DNA of 64,000 bases from Dipteris shenzhenensis (lineage: Eukaryota): assembly GCA_047967505.1 (NCBI GenBank), contig CM106538.1; one strand, 5' to 3'. Of the stretch, positions 61,391 through 64,000 are shown one piece after another. The notes beneath the pieces were generated by a model. The model was not told the origin of the DNA. It searched no databases and saw nothing but the letters and a program-made list of their open reading frames with translations. Each line of letters opens with the position of its first letter. Position 1 is the first letter of the stretch. The translations under genes were made by a program, and so were the position numbers.

Positions 61391-63279
61391 AACATAACGC
61401 AAAGGAAAATGCACCAATGGTATAGTGCCAAGTCTTATGTTATATTTGCATAAGGTTTTATGAAATTTAAACTCTTATTTCAAGGGTTATATTAGTTTTT
61501 TGGAAATGTGACCTTGGGCTCAAATCATGACAACCCTTAGCCTAGATCATTTTGACTATGATGAGATGCTTAAAGAAACAACAAAGAGTTGCATTCACAA
61601 GTGACAAATTTGTAACCATTCTTTAAAAACAAAAGCATCCTTAGGGCACTTCTCAACATAGTAAAGCAATAATTGGCTAATGAAGCGATTGCCATGTTGA
61701 TACTCATAGGAGGTGCATGGACCTTGAACCATCACATAATGGTGGTTTAAAAACTTAAAGTGCCCGATATTCCCCTTTGATTATTTGCTCTTTTTGGAAG
61801 TATTTATTAAGCTATTATAGCATTCGATTGATTATTCACTTTTGTTGGATGGATTTATTAAACTACTATAGCATTCAATGTATATTGTGAGGGAAGCATT
61901 TGATTCAAAATTATCCTTATGATTCACCTTGCATGCTCATCCCAAGGAGCCTTTCCAAGTGTGGGAACCTCACATAATATCTATAGAGCAGGGCATTAAA
62001 CATTTAGCCTTCATACACTAGCTTGAGAAATATAAGGTAATCTTTTTCACCTTTGACACTCAACTTCGAATAGGGCATTTAAAAATTTAGCCTTCATACA
62101 CTAGCTTTGAGAAATATTCAATAAAGAAAGGTAACCTTTATCACCTTTAACACTCAACTTTGAATAGCTAACTTCTTACCTACCTAAACGAGGTACTTGT
62201 GTTGAAACATACACTTTCTAGACATTAGAGTAGAAGGTGGTTGAAATGGGTTTTTATAGGAGTGACACATCCTCTTACTGCTTGATTCGCTTATTAGAGT
62301 AAATCAACAGGGTTTTTGGCATGTTTTGCAAGAGTCTTGATTATATAGAACAATTAACTATACACCTAGACTCGAAGCATATGATAATAACAAGGGTATG
62401 GAGCTCTGAGATTGATGGAGTACTTAAGGAAACATGCCATTATATTGGCATCCGAAGAGGCAAGTATCATGTAAAATTAGATGCTAATCAAGGCAATGGT
62501 TAGGAGACTCGCAACTTATATAGGTAGAATATTGGAGATCTAGAATGGTAAAAGTAAACCAATGCATCATATTTCTCATATGAGAAAGTATTTGATGGTC
62601 TTTAACTTAAAGGAAGCATGAGTGGTCTAGTATGTTCCCCCATACATTGATATACAAGAAAATAACCTTCTTGGAAAGAAGACAACACAAACTCACAAAA
62701 TAGAGTGCCTAGGAATAATCAAAATTTTGAATATCTAGGCTTGTAGAGGGTTCCAATGATGCATAGTGACACAAGGTTAGTTGAAATGGCTTGGAATGTG
62801 TTATTTCTTGGGCCTTGGTTGTTGCCATTTGTTAAAATATAAGATACAACGTCATGCACACACACACACACACATATATATATATAGATTCTCTCTCTAC
62901 ATAGCCTTGAGTGCTTCAAGGCCAAACTAATTTCTATGTGGTACTACTCTATGAGCCTCAGCCTTAGCCTTTGAGTGCTTGAAGCCAAACTAATTTCTAT
63001 GTGGTACTCTATGAGCCTTCAAGAGATTGTCAATGGTCATGGTGCTCCATCTTGAGAAGAGCACCTTCCATAAACTAGAATCCATTGGGGGGCGCCCCAT
63101 TTTGAGAAGACCAACTTCCATGATCCATTGTGAACTAATTCTTAAGTGGTACTCTATGAGATTTGAGAAATTGTCATTGTGCCCATCTTGAGAAGAACAA
63201 CTTCCATACATGTCACTTGCGAAGTTCTGGTGTGCACACATGGAGGGGAAAATCCATGGGGTGGTGGGAAATGAGAGGC

Positions 63280-64000
63280 GAATCGCGATGCACGTTGGAG
63301 ATCATGGCAGGCGTGGGAAGAGGGAGAGAGCAAACGTGTAAGAGGGCCGTTAGAAAGAACGGCGTTGTGCTAGTTGGAACTGCCACGTGGCAAATTTAAT
63401 AGATATACTTGTCACGAGGGGGCGTCCGGCGGGCGCCGGCCGAAATGCGCGCCGGGAGGCCGACGTGGAGCAAGGCGGGGCTGACGTGGACGGAGGGGGG
63501 AAGGGTTGGGGAGGACCGAGAGGCTGACGTGGACGGCTGGATGTATGATTGAGATGACGTGGAGAGGGAGGTGGCAACAGTCGCTTTAACGGGACGGGCG
63601 AGAGTCACATGGAGAGCGGCGTGTAAAGGGGGGGGAAGTAAATATACGCCGACTGGACAGAAAGCAAAGGGCGCTCTGTAAAAAGCCCACTTCTGCGTTT
63701 GGAACTTTGTTGGCTTGTTTTAAAGACACATACAAAACACCCACAACAGGACGATACTCTTCTGCTGATCACACTGTTGTACTCACTACTCTCTCTGTAG
63801 TAAATGTAGGAGTGAGCTCAGTCAGTCAGTGGCAGTCAGCTACTAAAGACCTTTGGACCTTTACAGCTCCATCTTCACTTCTATCTTCTCCTACTCTTCT
63901 CCTTCTTCCTCTTCCTTCTTCTTTGTCGTCTTTCTTTTTCCTACCTCCTCTCCATGCTTCTTATCTTATCACTTCATCTCACTCTGCAATTCTCTCTCTG
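63280..64000 (+). promoter_or_regulatory. CpG-rich host promoter with clustered ACGT boxes and a CT-rich 5' leader; the gene probably lies beyond the window
   Basis: TGCCACGTGGCA at 63381-63392, GACGTGG at about 63462, 63483, 63526 and 63555, pyrimidine-rich 63870-64000. Confidence 0.55.

Overview
Repeat-dense eukaryotic DNA from a land plant (TTTAGGG repeats, tRNA-iMet-primed LTR elements, a CLE-like peptide gene). A seed-free plant such as a fern is my inference only. The window is mostly nested, decayed transposons: Ty1/copia, Ty3/gypsy, L1-type LINEs, MITEs with 8-bp TSDs and DDE transposase relics. A tandem segmental duplication (about 8.2-22.25 kb and 22.36-32.55 kb) carries the only clear host-type gene, a secreted CLE/SGP-like peptide precursor. 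The most notable structure is a multi-gene DNA transposon with imperfect RGGGTCTC terminal inverted repeats and a candidate AATT TSD (26121-36683, partial second copy 12761-22252). It encodes a RAG1/Transib/Chapaev-like transposase, a divergent histone H3 with a tail of about 270 aa bearing separated K4-like and K9-like motifs, a spliced BAH + Zn + ubiquitin-like protein, and two orphan ORFs. This looks like a transposon-borne chromatin toolkit, although both copies are now pseudogenised. Also present: an array of an 18-bp palindrome, a 187-bp satellite with telomere repeats swapped into some monomers, and an LTR element split by an inversion, shown by its TSD. All calls come from manual reading and motif recall; no searches were run.
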